Shown one piece after another: positions 46,890-55,947 of a DNA stretch of 64,000 nucleotides (its first letter is position 1; each line of letters opens with the position of its first letter). A program made the translations under genes and the position numbers. This DNA comes from an uncultured Candidatus Saccharibacteria bacterium (GTDB taxonomy: Bacteria; Patescibacteriota; Saccharimonadia; Saccharimonadales; Saccharimonadaceae): NCBI GenBank assembly GCA_963517325.1, contig CAUQDR010000001.1:236130-300129 (forward strand). Direction: 5' to 3'. The notes beneath the pieces were generated by a model. It saw nothing but the letters and a program-made list of their open reading frames with translations. It ran no database searches and was not told the origin of the DNA.

Positions 46890-48674
46890 GTGTATAGAAA
46901 AACTTTCAAGAGAATTTCATCCTTGATTATTCTTGTTTTTATTTCCATGACAGCATATCTTTTTCTCGATAATCCTTATGTTGCACCAAGAGCTAATGCA
47001 GAAGATAGACAGGAAGTTCGTGGTGGCCGCGTCACGGTTGGTGATAGTTATTTATCGATGAGCGTAGTTAGTGATAAGGTTACTCAAAAATTCACTACCG
47101 ACGAAACTAACCGACAAGTAATTAAAACATTCAGATTTTTCCCGAGATTTGAGACTTCTTCTGGACTTGGAGCGGATATGTATATGTCTACTCACACTGG
47201 ACCGGATTTAATTATGAACGCCGGCGATCAGGTCTATAAAATTGCATCCATTGAACAGCCGATGCTGATGACTGTTTCTCAAGGAATTGAAAAACTACCA
47301 GTAAACCATTGGGCAATTAGCTCTTCATATACCGATAATAACGGCAAGCAACAGCTTCCAGGTTATATGCCACTCCCGAAACTTGGTGAAATGCGTAAGG
47401 TTTCAGAGTTAAATAGATATGATAAATCGAGAAGTTTTACCGTCGACGCCTATGTAAAAGTTTCAAATACAATCCCTGCTGGTGAATATTCCACTACTTT
47501 AGATTTTACAGCCATTTCACGCTACGAACCAAACTCTGCGGTTTTTATGCGCGGTCAAGAATTTTCCAGACTTTTAAAGTCTAAAATCGAAAACCTAAAC
47601 AGTCAAGATCGCCCTACTATTTTCAAGCGTTCTAATGTGAAGCCGGCCTCTACTGAACAAGTTTTTGCTTGCCAAAACACAGATAGTGCCATATCTCTTC
47701 AACCATCCATTTCCGATGTTGCTATTGATTGCTGGATAGATAAGGCAAATAAGACGTTATTCTGGTATAGTGAAGCCACCAGTGTTAATTTCTGGGAATT
47801 AGAATACTTATTCTGGGGCCTGGGCTCTTTTAATGAGATTGATTTATCGGGAGTAGATAAATTGGTCTTTTATGGTGGCCCTAAGCAGTGGCTGGATGGG
47901 GTTGGTAGGGGCGGTAATGGTCCAGCTAAAATCATCTGGCCGGCTAAAGTGATATTTAAGGGCGACTCGATGGAAGACTTCTTTAAAGGCGCTAGTGTAA
48001 GAGATATTTCATTTGCAAACTTTACTTTTGAAAAACCGCTCAAGAGTTTTAAGGGTATGTTCCGTAGTGCTAGCGCTAGAAACATTGATTTTACTGGTAT
48101 CGATCTATCTCAGATTATTAATATGGATGAAATGTTTAATGGTTACGGTGGAACTGACGATGATCTTCGTGGGATTCTCTCACAATTAAACACCGGTAAC
48201 GTGACATCTATGAATGGCATGTTCTACTATTGTTCTAATTACAAGATAGACCTTTCCAATTTTGATACCAGAAAAGTCACTGATATGTCTAATATGTTCT
48301 ATTACACATCTCGTCTTAAAGATCTGAATCTCTCTAGCTTCGATACCTCCAAGGTAACTAATATGAGCGGTATGTTCCAGTATGCAGGATGGTATGGCGC
48401 GGGGCTTAATCTAGATATTTCTTCCTTTAATACACGTCAAGTCACCAATTTTGACAAGATGTTTAATGTAATGTCCAAAACTAAGACTATCTATGTTGGT
48501 GAAAATTTCATTGTAAATAGTGGCGCATCAACTACCGATATGCTGAAGGGGAACTTCCAATTGATTGGTGGTGCTGGCACTGCGTACGATGTAAATCATG
48601 TGGATGGTGAATATGCTCGCATTGATAATCCGGCCGCCGGTAAGCCGGGTTACTTTACGGTAAAAACCCCTTAG
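46890..48674 (+). CDS. DUF285/BspA-like repeat surface protein, paralogue 3 (GTG 46890 preferred over TTG 46857)
   Basis: GGAGGA lies 5 nt upstream of GTG 46890. TM SSLIILVFISMTAYLF. The N-domain ends GEYSTTLDFTAISRYEP. C-terminal DUF285 repeats (FDTRKVTDMSNMF, FDTSKVTNMSGMF) and a final PGYFT. Confidence 0.8.
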   Translation: MYRKTFKRISSLIILVFISMTAYLFLDNPYVAPRANAEDRQEVRGGRVTVGDSYLSMSVVSDKVTQKFTTDETNRQVIKTFRFFPRFETSSGLGADMYMSTHTGPDLIMNAGDQVYKIASIEQPMLMTVSQGIEKLPVNHWAISSSYTDNNGKQQLPGYMPLPKLGEMRKVSELNRYDKSRSFTVDAYVKVSNTIPAGEYSTTLDFTAISRYEPNSAVFMRGQEFSRLLKSKIENLNSQDRPTIFKRSNVKPASTEQVFACQNTDSAISLQPSISDVAIDCWIDKANKTLFWYSEATSVNFWELEYLFWGLGSFNEIDLSGVDKLVFYGGPKQWLDGVGRGGNGPAKIIWPAKVIFKGDSMEDFFKGASVRDISFANFTFEKPLKSFKGMFRSASARNIDFTGIDLSQIINMDEMFNGYGGTDDDLRGILSQLNTGNVTSMNGMFYYCSNYKIDLSNFDTRKVTDMSNMFYYTSRLKDLNLSSFDTSKVTNMSGMFQYAGWYGAGLNLDISSFNTRQVTNFDKMFNVMSKTKTIYVGENFIVNSGASTTDMLKGNFQLIGGAGTAYDVNHVDGEYARIDNPAAGKPGYFTVKTP

Positions 48675-48684
48675 AATAAAGCAT

Positions 48685-48715
48685 AAAAATAGACCTGTAT
48701 ACAAGGTCTATTTTT
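48685..48715. terminator. bidirectional intrinsic terminator between convergent genes
   Basis: Sequence aaaaatagacct-gtataca-aggtctattttt. Confidence 0.75.
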
Positions 48716-48723
48716 AACTAAGT

Positions 48724-49302
48724 CTATTTTAAAATCTCCCTTACTCGCTCTCGTAATACTGACACCACCTCTTTCTCGAACCAAGGATTCTTCGCCTGCC
48801 AGCGGAAGTTTAATGGGCTTGGGTGAACGATTGGGGAATATTCAGGTAGATAATCCTGAAATGCCCGTACTGTCTCGGTCAAATTCCCCTTAGCGTTAGA
48901 GCCGAGATAATACTTCATCGCATATTGTCCAATCAAAATCGTCAGCTTGATATTCGGCATCAATTTTAAGATTTCTGGATGGTATTCTTCCGCGATAAAT
49001 TTTCGTGGTGGTAGGTCGCCGGTCTTGCCTTTGCCCGGGTAATAAAAATCCATCGGTAAAATTGCAATCTTCTGCGAATAAAATTCTTCTTCACTCACCC
49101 CCATCCATTCGCGCAATTTTTCGCCTGATTTATCCGCGAACGGCACCCCATTTTCTTCGACTTTTCGACCTGGTGCCTGACCGATGATTAATATTTCTGC
49201 CTTATTACTCAGCTGGTAAATCGGCCCCACACCGCGCTCGGTATAGGATTCATTTCTCGGATCTTGCATTAATTTTTCCGTAATTTCATCAAATTCATTC
49301 AT
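48724..49302 (-). CDS. uracil-DNA glycosylase superfamily protein
   Basis: 192 aa. Motif A GQAPG and motif B HPSPLN. Confidence 0.82.
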   Translation of the reverse strand: MNEFDEITEKLMQDPRNESYTERGVGPIYQLSNKAEILIIGQAPGRKVEENGVPFADKSGEKLREWMGVSEEEFYSQKIAILPMDFYYPGKGKTGDLPPRKFIAEEYHPEILKLMPNIKLTILIGQYAMKYYLGSNAKGNLTETVRAFQDYLPEYSPIVHPSPLNFRWQAKNPWFEKEVVSVLRERVREILK

Positions 49303-49326
49303 CGTAATTCGATAATATCACTTTTA

Positions 49327-49335
49327 TGCTAAAAT
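49327..49335 (+). promoter_or_regulatory. extended -10 box TGCTAAAAT (leadered; SD AGGAGG before ATG 49373)
   Basis: Sequence is ttttatgctaaaat, about 37 nt upstream of the ATG. Confidence 0.45.
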
Positions 49336-49372
49336 TAAATAAATCATATATAAATTATTTGTTAGGAGGTAA

Positions 49373-50149
49373 ATGGCTAATACAAATAAAATTCTCTCTG
49401 TCGAAAAAGTTACCAAGACTTTTGGCAAGGGAAATAGCCTCACGAAGGCCGTCGATAATCTTTCTTTCTCCGTGAAGAAAGGCGAATTTCTCGCAATCAT
49501 GGGCGCCTCCGGCTCTGGTAAGAGTACTACATTAAACCTGATTTCCACGATCGACCGTCCAACCTCAGGTCAAATTCTTGTCGATGGTACCGATATTACG
49601 AAACTCAAAGGCGAGAAACTTAACCGCTTCCGTCGCGAATCACTCGGTTTTATCTTCCAAGATTTTAATCTCCTGGATAATCTCACTGCTTACGAAAATA
49701 TCGCGTTGGCGCTTTCGATTCAGAATGTCAAAGCCTCCGAAATCGACGAAAAAGTCAAAGCCGTCGCTAAAAATCTCGATATTGAAGCTATCTTACAAAA
49801 GTTCCCATATCAACTTTCTGGCGGTCAAAAACAACGTGTAGCTTCCGCTCGCGCTATTATCACTAATCCGAAATTAATTCTCGCCGATGAGCCTACTGGT
49901 GCACTTGACTCCAAGTCTTCTAAACTTCTCCTCGAACGTTTCGATTATCTGAATCAAGAACTTCAGGCCACCATCCTTATGGTCACTCACGATGCTTTCT
50001 CAGCCAGCTTTGCATCCCGCATTATCTTCATTAAAGATGGTCAAATCTACGATGAAATTCACCGTGAAAATAAGACTCGCAAGGAATTCTTTGACGAAAT
50101 CATCCGCGTGATGTCTACCCTAGGTGGAGGCGACGCTGATGTTATTTAA
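49373..50149 (+). CDS. ABC transporter ATP-binding protein (MacB/BceA type)
   Basis: 258 aa. Walker A GASGSGKST, signature LSGGQKQR, Walker B LILADEPTGALD. Confidence 0.92.
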   Translation: MANTNKILSVEKVTKTFGKGNSLTKAVDNLSFSVKKGEFLAIMGASGSGKSTTLNLISTIDRPTSGQILVDGTDITKLKGEKLNRFRRESLGFIFQDFNLLDNLTAYENIALALSIQNVKASEIDEKVKAVAKNLDIEAILQKFPYQLSGGQKQRVASARAIITNPKLILADEPTGALDSKSSKLLLERFDYLNQELQATILMVTHDAFSASFASRIIFIKDGQIYDEIHRENKTRKEFFDEIIRVMSTLGGGDADVI

Positions 50150-52325
50150 GCTTTCGTTTCGAAATATTACGCGCAGCATCAAGGATTATGCGATTTATTT
50201 CTTTACGTTAGTGCTCGGTGTTACGCTCTTCTATGTTTTTAATTCCGTCGGCTCTCAGGCAGCTGTGCTTGAATTAAATAATTCCAGAAAACTCATCGTC
50301 GACCTACTAGCGAAAATTCTCTCTGGTATGAGTGTTCTCGTGGTCTTTATTCTCGGTGCTTTGATTATCTACGCTTCCCGCTTTCTAATCAAGCGACGCA
50401 ATAAAGAATTCGCCATCTATCTCACTCTCGGTATGAGTAAGCGTAAAATCTCTCGTCTCCTCTTCTTCGAAACTCTGATGATTGGCGTAATTTCCCTCGG
50501 CGTGGGACTTCTACTTGGTATTGGCGTTTCCCAGTTAATTAGTGTCCTAATCGCCAAACTCTTCGAGGCTAATATGGATAAATTCACTTTTGTTTTTTCC
50601 GAAAAAGCCTTCTTCGACACCATTCTTTATTTCGGTCTGATCTATCTCATCGTGATTTTCTTCAATACCGTCATTGTCGGCCGTTTGAAGATAATTGAAT
50701 TACTGCATGGTAGCAAGAAATCCGAAAAAGCTTTTCTGAAAAATCCGTTACTTCGCGCCATCGTCTTCGTCGTTTCTGCTTCGGTGCTTGGTTATGCTTA
50801 TTGGTGGGTAAATAATGACAAGGTCTCCCTCATGGATCGTGTTTATAATCTCCTTTGGCCGGTTATTGCTGGTGTGGTTACCACCTTCCTAATCTTCTGG
50901 TCACTCTCTGGTTTGATTATGGAAATTGTCACTCGCAGCAAAAAGTTTTACTTCAAGGGTCTAAATTCCTTCGTCTTCCGCCAGATTTCCAGCAAGGTAA
51001 ATACTGCCGTAATTTCCATGTCTTTGATAAGTCTCTTGTTGTTCCTCACGATTAGTATTCTTTCGCTCTGTTTCTCAATCAATGAATCGATGAAAAGAGA
51101 ACTAGCTTACAATACGCCAGTCGATGCCATGGCTGAGCTGACTGATTATCTCGCGGTTTACGGCTCGAATAGTAGTGTTGGCTATTTATCCCAGATGTCT
51201 AATGATCAGGAAAAAGCCGCTCTTGCCACTTCGCAGGCCTATATGAAGAAATCGCTCTACCAGATTTTGATTAATCAAAACCCAGACCTTGCGAATGATA
51301 TTAAAGATCACCTTGAGCTGAATGTTTATGCTGATAGTAAATTCACTTATGGTCAAATTTTACCGTCAGGAGTTATGACGGGAACCGCGGAAGCCTTCAT
51401 GTCGAAAACTACTGTGCCAATGATTCGCGTCTCTGATTATAATAAACTCGCTAAGCTCTATCATCGTGATGAAATTCACTTGAAGGACAATCAATATCAA
51501 TTCCTGGCCGACTTTAAGACTATGGCGGAGATTCTCGATAAAACTCTTGCAGGCAATACTCAAATTAAATATCGTAATTTTATCCTCAATCCAGCTGCCA
51601 AAAAACACCAAGAAGGCTTCATTACTTCATCTGGTTTTAAGTCTAATACTGGTATTCTAGTCGTTCCTGATAATGTAATCACTGACCAGCCAATCGGTAC
51701 TCAAGCCATGCTGATGAATTACAATCTCAGCGGTACCCGCACTGCCGAACAGATTGATGATGACTTACGCAAGGCTTTCGACCTCGGAGGCTTATCCGTC
51801 AATGGGGTTAATTCATCTGAAGAGGCCACACAGAAATCCGAAAGCTCGGACAGAAAAGCTGATCGTCCAAGCGGTGTTGCCATTAATTTTTACACCAAAT
51901 TATTAGTAAAATCTGGTATGGTCGGCATGCAAGCCATTGCCACTTTCGTTGGCTTCTACCTCGGTACTATCTTCCTTATTTCCTCTGCTGCGATTCTGGC
52001 CCTTAAGCAACTTTCTGAATCTTCCGATAATACTGAAAAATATGCTGCCTTGCGTCGCCTCGGTGCCAGTAATAAGATGTTGAATCGTGCACTCTTCGTC
52101 CAGATCGCAATCTTCTTTATTGCGCCATTGCTCATCGGCATCATCCATTCCATTTTTGGTATTATGTTCGCCTCGAGTATTATCGAATCATTCGGTTCTG
52201 ACGGACTCCTTGCTTCGATTCCGATGACCGTTTCGATGATCGTGCTGATTTATGGTGGATATTTCCTCCTGACTTATATTAGTAGTAAGCGCATCATATC
52301 TGAAAAACAACTCCGCCGCGACTAG
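50139..52325 (+). CDS. FtsX-family ABC permease, BceB-like (10 TM, large extracytoplasmic loop)
   Basis: ATG 50139 is preceded by GGAGG at 8 nt; the ORF-track GTG is at 50124. There are two FtsX 4-TM modules, with a ~200-aa hydrophilic loop at aa ~330-560. Confidence 0.88.
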   Translation: MLFKLSFRNITRSIKDYAIYFFTLVLGVTLFYVFNSVGSQAAVLELNNSRKLIVDLLAKILSGMSVLVVFILGALIIYASRFLIKRRNKEFAIYLTLGMSKRKISRLLFFETLMIGVISLGVGLLLGIGVSQLISVLIAKLFEANMDKFTFVFSEKAFFDTILYFGLIYLIVIFFNTVIVGRLKIIELLHGSKKSEKAFLKNPLLRAIVFVVSASVLGYAYWWVNNDKVSLMDRVYNLLWPVIAGVVTTFLIFWSLSGLIMEIVTRSKKFYFKGLNSFVFRQISSKVNTAVISMSLISLLLFLTISILSLCFSINESMKRELAYNTPVDAMAELTDYLAVYGSNSSVGYLSQMSNDQEKAALATSQAYMKKSLYQILINQNPDLANDIKDHLELNVYADSKFTYGQILPSGVMTGTAEAFMSKTTVPMIRVSDYNKLAKLYHRDEIHLKDNQYQFLADFKTMAEILDKTLAGNTQIKYRNFILNPAAKKHQEGFITSSGFKSNTGILVVPDNVITDQPIGTQAMLMNYNLSGTRTAEQIDDDLRKAFDLGGLSVNGVNSSEEATQKSESSDRKADRPSGVAINFYTKLLVKSGMVGMQAIATFVGFYLGTIFLISSAAILALKQLSESSDNTEKYAALRRLGASNKMLNRALFVQIAIFFIAPLLIGIIHSIFGIMFASSIIESFGSDGLLASIPMTVSMIVLIYGGYFLLTYISSKRIISEKQLRRD

Positions 52326-52334
52326 GGAAATATT

Positions 52335-52377
52335 AAAATTAAGAAAGCTACCCAAAAGGTAGTTTTCTTAATTTTAA
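52335..52377 (+). terminator. long-stem intrinsic terminator after the ABC operon
   Basis: Sequence aaaattaagaaagctacc-caaaa-ggtagttttcttaatttt, with one G-U pair. Confidence 0.7.
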
Positions 52378-52417
52378 TTTGCGGTATTATCGGACCAACA
52401 ATAAATTGCTTTATAAT

Positions 52418-52738
52418 ATGGATATGATAATTCTAAATAAAGCAGAAGTAGAAAAAATTGCAAATTCTTTTGATTTTGATGAAAACCTGACTTTTGTTAA
52501 TGCTATTAATTTTGAACCAGATTGTAAGATTTATAAATTAAAAAATAATATTGGTGACAATTATATTTTAATTTGTAGGGATTATCAATTCGACGATGTG
52601 GGTGCTGAGGTGAGGATTTTTGCTAATGAATTAGGAATTAAGATTCTTGATAGATCCAAGTATAATCATGATTATTTCTTCAGGTCTAAAAATTTTGACG
52701 ATTTTGAATATATTTTCTCATTAGCACGAATCGCTTAG
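52418..52738 (+). CDS. hypothetical small protein (ATG 52418; the TTG 52379 model starts inside the terminator)
   Basis: 106 aa, MDMIILNKAEVEKIANSFDFDENL.... AT-rich and no motif. Confidence 0.4.
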   Translation: MDMIILNKAEVEKIANSFDFDENLTFVNAINFEPDCKIYKLKNNIGDNYILICRDYQFDDVGAEVRIFANELGIKILDRSKYNHDYFFRSKNFDDFEYIFSLARIA

Positions 52739-52768
52739 TGCGGACTTTTTGAATTTTTCCGTGTTAAT

Positions 52769-53080
52769 ATGAATATTAGTATGGATAATAAAATATACCA
52801 GGAAATCCTAAAACTCTACGAAAAATATCTTTTAAAATCAGCCTATGAATTTTCGGTGCAAGATTATAATAGTTTCGAACAGGAAATGTGGAATTTGAAA
52901 GAGGAATTTATCTACGAATTTAGTCCATTTTTACTTTTACCGGATCCTGCTAAGGATGCCGATTTTTTCATGATGAATGCATCAAGTGATGGTTTTGTGG
53001 AACCAAATTTAGCTGATAAGCAAAAATATCTAGATATGATGCAAGAATCTTACCAAAAATTTAAAAATCAGTTGAATTAA
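52769..53080 (+). CDS. hypothetical small acidic protein
   Basis: 103-aa ORF. No motif. Confidence 0.4.
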   Translation: MNISMDNKIYQEILKLYEKYLLKSAYEFSVQDYNSFEQEMWNLKEEFIYEFSPFLLLPDPAKDADFFMMNASSDGFVEPNLADKQKYLDMMQESYQKFKNQLN

Positions 53081-53095
53081 TCCTATACATATTAA

Positions 53096-53414
53096 TTAAA
53101 TCCACTTCATGGATTCCAGATAATCAAGAAAATCCACTACACCGTCACTAGTTATTTCTGGGTGAGCGTTATAATATTCAAGATGGTCTCTTTTTTTCAT
53201 TGAGTGCCATATAGATATAAAAAGATAATTCACAAAATCTATCATCTTCAGGTAGAGAATCATTTGAATAGCTAAAATTATCATCAAGGAAAATAGTATA
53301 TTTTTCAACTTCGTTTTCTAGCTCATCTAACTGAGTTTCAGTTATAGCTGATTTAATTTCATCAGCTAATTCCATACCATCACGTATTGCTATTTTAATT
53401 AATTTTGGATCCAT
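53096..53414 (-). pseudogene. frameshifted paralogue of the 53466-53801 gene (break in an A7 run)
   Basis: ORFs 53178-53414 and 53096-53308 are consecutive frames of one 319-nt reading unit. The junction is at aatgaaaaaaagagac (T7 on the plus strand, 53191-53197). Deleting one A gives ...YMALNEKRDHLEYYNAHPEITSDGVVDFLDYLESMKWI, which aligns with the C-terminus of the neighbour (DFMDGF...W). Confidence 0.6.
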
Positions 53415-53465
53415 TTGATTAAGTATATTGAATACTTTTATAATTTAAAAAACATAATAAGATAA

Positions 53466-53801
53466 TTATGTCCAACTCTCACCATCAAGTTCTTCAATAA
53501 AGCCGTCCATGAAATCTTTTGCTAGCACTTGTGTAGGTTCGAAATCTAAGTTCTCTGGGTAAAGTGATTTTCTCTTCCAGTCTAGCGCTACATAAAGAGA
53601 AGTGGTTAAGCTGCAATCTTTTTCATCACTAAAGTCTAATGGTTCACCAAAATTTTCATCAACAAAATCAGCGTATTTATCAATAATTGGCTTGAGTTTC
53701 TCTAACTCAGAAAGTTTGGAAATCGGGCGCATCCTATCGATGATTTCGTGGCCATCTTCAATAATTTTATTGATAAGTTTAGCTCTTTCTAAATAATCCA
53801 T
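53466..53801 (-). CDS. hypothetical small acidic protein (intact paralogue)
   Basis: 111 aa. It shares the N-terminal layout with the 53414 ORF (IEDGHEIIDRM / IRDGMELADEI; FVDENF / FLDDNF; SLYVAL / YIYMAL). Confidence 0.5.
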   Translation of the reverse strand: MDYLERAKLINKIIEDGHEIIDRMRPISKLSELEKLKPIIDKYADFVDENFGEPLDFSDEKDCSLTTSLYVALDWKRKSLYPENLDFEPTQVLAKDFMDGFIEELDGESWT

Positions 53802-53848
53802 ATCACAAATATAACATTATTTTTATAAAATATCCTAATCAAAAAAAA

Positions 53849-53857
53849 TGGTATAAT
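53849..53857 (+). promoter_or_regulatory. extended -10 box TGGTATAAT, 7 nt from gatC ATG (leaderless)
   Basis: Sequence is aaatggtataat-atatctt-ATG. Confidence 0.5.
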
Positions 53858-53864
53858 ATATCTT

Positions 53865-54152
53865 ATGAATAATACGCGCGATGATATTTTACACTTAGCC
53901 AAGCTGTCTAATTTACAGCTCACGGATGCCGAAATTTCCGCCCTCCAGCAGGACGTCACTAATATCGTGGGCTACATTTCTCAGCTTGATGAATTAGATA
54001 CTACTGGGGTCGAACCAACCTACCAGGTCTTTGAGATGGAAAATGTTTGGCGTGCCGACGAAATCAAACCTCAGGATGCCACCAGGGAGCAACTTCTTGC
54101 ACTCGCACCTGATCAAGCTCAAAATATGATTAAAGTACAGAAGGTTCTCTAA
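53865..54152 (+). CDS. gatC: Asp/Glu-tRNA amidotransferase subunit C
   Basis: 95 aa. Motifs LAKLSNLQLTDAEI and VEPTYQV. First gene of the gat operon. Confidence 0.9.
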   Translation: MNNTRDDILHLAKLSNLQLTDAEISALQQDVTNIVGYISQLDELDTTGVEPTYQVFEMENVWRADEIKPQDATREQLLALAPDQAQNMIKVQKVL

Positions 54153-55531
54153 TGAAAATTGCTGATTTACATACTTCCGCGGTTTCGCTCGTCAAGGAAG
54201 CCTTGGAAAAAGCCAAAAAATACGCTGACCACAATATTTTTATTTCGCTCAACGAAGATGAAGCTTTGAAGAAAGCCGCTGAAATCGACCAAAAAATCCA
54301 AAACGGTGAAAAGGTTGGTCGTCTCGCCGGTGTGCCTTATGCTTTGAAGGATAACTTCCTTAGCAAACAGGGAAACACTACCGCCGCTTCGAAAATTCTC
54401 TCGAATCTCCGTTCGCCAATCGATTCCACTACTGTCGCCAAGCTCGAAGCTGAAGGTGCCATTATGATTGGCCGCACCAATCTCGATGCCTTTGCTCACG
54501 GATCCTCGACCGAAAACTCTTACTTCGGTCCTACACACAACGCCAAGGATTTTGAGCGTGTCGCCGGTGGTTCCTCTGGTGGCTCCGCCGCTGCTGTTGC
54601 TCTTGATATTGTACCTTTTGCTACTGGTACCGATACTGGTGGTTCGATTCGTCAGCCGGCCTCTTTTAACGGCGTCTATGGTTTGAAACCGACTTACGGC
54701 ACGATTTCGCGTTATGGTGTGGTAGCCATGGCCTCCAGCACCGACGTTATCGGTTTCTTTACCCAAAATCCGGAAGATTTGGATCTCCTGATGTCGATTA
54801 CTAGTGGTCAGGATGAGAAAGATCTCACTTCTTTGCCAGATTATTATAATGAAACTGTCGTCGAAGCTGGTGCGAAGAAGCGTATTGGTGTGATTAAAGA
54901 TTTTGATAACGATAACGTCGCCCCAGAAATCCGCGAAGGTCTCAAATCTCAGATCGAAAAACTGAAAGCCGAGGGCCATGAAATTGTCGAGCTTTCGATG
55001 CCAGTCTTGAAGTACGCTTTGGCAGTTTATTATGTCGTAGTGCCAGCCGAAGTAGCCTCCAATCTCTCGCGTTATGACGGCATTCGCTATGGCTATCGCA
55101 GTTCTGAAGCCCATAGTATTGAAGAAGTTTTTGGTCTCAGTCGCAATGATGGCTTCATGCCTGAAAACAAGCGCCGTATCATGATCGGCAACTTCGTTCT
55201 AAGTAGTGGCTTCTATGATGCCTACTATCTCAAGGCTCAAAAAGTCCGTACCCTCATTATCAAGGCCTATGAAGAAGCTTTTGAAAAGTGTGACTATATT
55301 CTCACGCCAGTTTCACCATCCCCAGCCTTCAAATTGGGTGAAAAAGTCAATGACCCGGTCGCCATGTATCTAGAAGATGTCATGAGTGTACCGATCAACC
55401 TCGCCGGTTTACCAAGTTTAGCTATTCCAATCAATCGTGATAAGGATGAACTTCCAGTCGGCTTACAATTAATCGGCCCACGCCGTAGCGACAAAAACCT
55501 TTTGCAATTTGCCAAGGAGAATTTCTCATGA
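54152..55531 (+). CDS. gatA: Asp/Glu-tRNA amidotransferase subunit A
   Basis: 459 aa. Amidase signature GGSSGGSAAAVA...GTDTGGSIRQPA. Confidence 0.96.
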   Translation: MKIADLHTSAVSLVKEALEKAKKYADHNIFISLNEDEALKKAAEIDQKIQNGEKVGRLAGVPYALKDNFLSKQGNTTAASKILSNLRSPIDSTTVAKLEAEGAIMIGRTNLDAFAHGSSTENSYFGPTHNAKDFERVAGGSSGGSAAAVALDIVPFATGTDTGGSIRQPASFNGVYGLKPTYGTISRYGVVAMASSTDVIGFFTQNPEDLDLLMSITSGQDEKDLTSLPDYYNETVVEAGAKKRIGVIKDFDNDNVAPEIREGLKSQIEKLKAEGHEIVELSMPVLKYALAVYYVVVPAEVASNLSRYDGIRYGYRSSEAHSIEEVFGLSRNDGFMPENKRRIMIGNFVLSSGFYDAYYLKAQKVRTLIIKAYEEAFEKCDYILTPVSPSPAFKLGEKVNDPVAMYLEDVMSVPINLAGLPSLAIPINRDKDELPVGLQLIGPRRSDKNLLQFAKENFS

Positions 55532-55947
55532 ACTCCCCAGTTTTCTTTCTCTTAATTGCGGTTCTAATTGTGGGGATTTTGGTCTTCATCTCAATTTCTC
55601 AACTCGGCAACCGTACTCATACTTTTGACAAGGAAGACTACCAGGCCAACTTCCTTCGAATTGAAAATAATCTCTCGCGTGATAACCCCTTGAGCTTTAA
55701 TTATGCCCTCATCGAAGCCGATAAATTACTCGATAAGGCGATGATGGAACTCGGCGCCCCGGGCAAGACTATGGGTGAACGTCTGAAGGCTTCCGGCCAT
55801 CGTTTCTCGGAACTCAATTCAGTTTGGTATGTCCACAAGAAACGCAATCAAATTGCTCACGAGCAAAACTTTCAGCTCGATTACAATCAAAGTCGTCGCG
55901 CTTTAGAAACCTATAAACAAGCATTAAAAGATTTAGGAGCTATCTAA
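55528..55947 (+). CDS. small N-terminally anchored membrane protein inserted between gatA and gatB
   Basis: 139 aa. TM VFFLLIAVLIVGILVFISI. ATGA overlap with gatA and TAATG overlap with gatB. Contains a HKKRNQIAHE segment. Confidence 0.6.
   Translation: MNSPVFFLLIAVLIVGILVFISISQLGNRTHTFDKEDYQANFLRIENNLSRDNPLSFNYALIEADKLLDKAMMELGAPGKTMGERLKASGHRFSELNSVWYVHKKRNQIAHEQNFQLDYNQSRRALETYKQALKDLGAI

Noticed and set aside
54167-55114. 315-aa minus-strand ORF
   Set aside because: It is antisense to gatA, whose amidase signature is unambiguous. Its Gly/Arg/Thr-rich composition is typical of a shadow frame.
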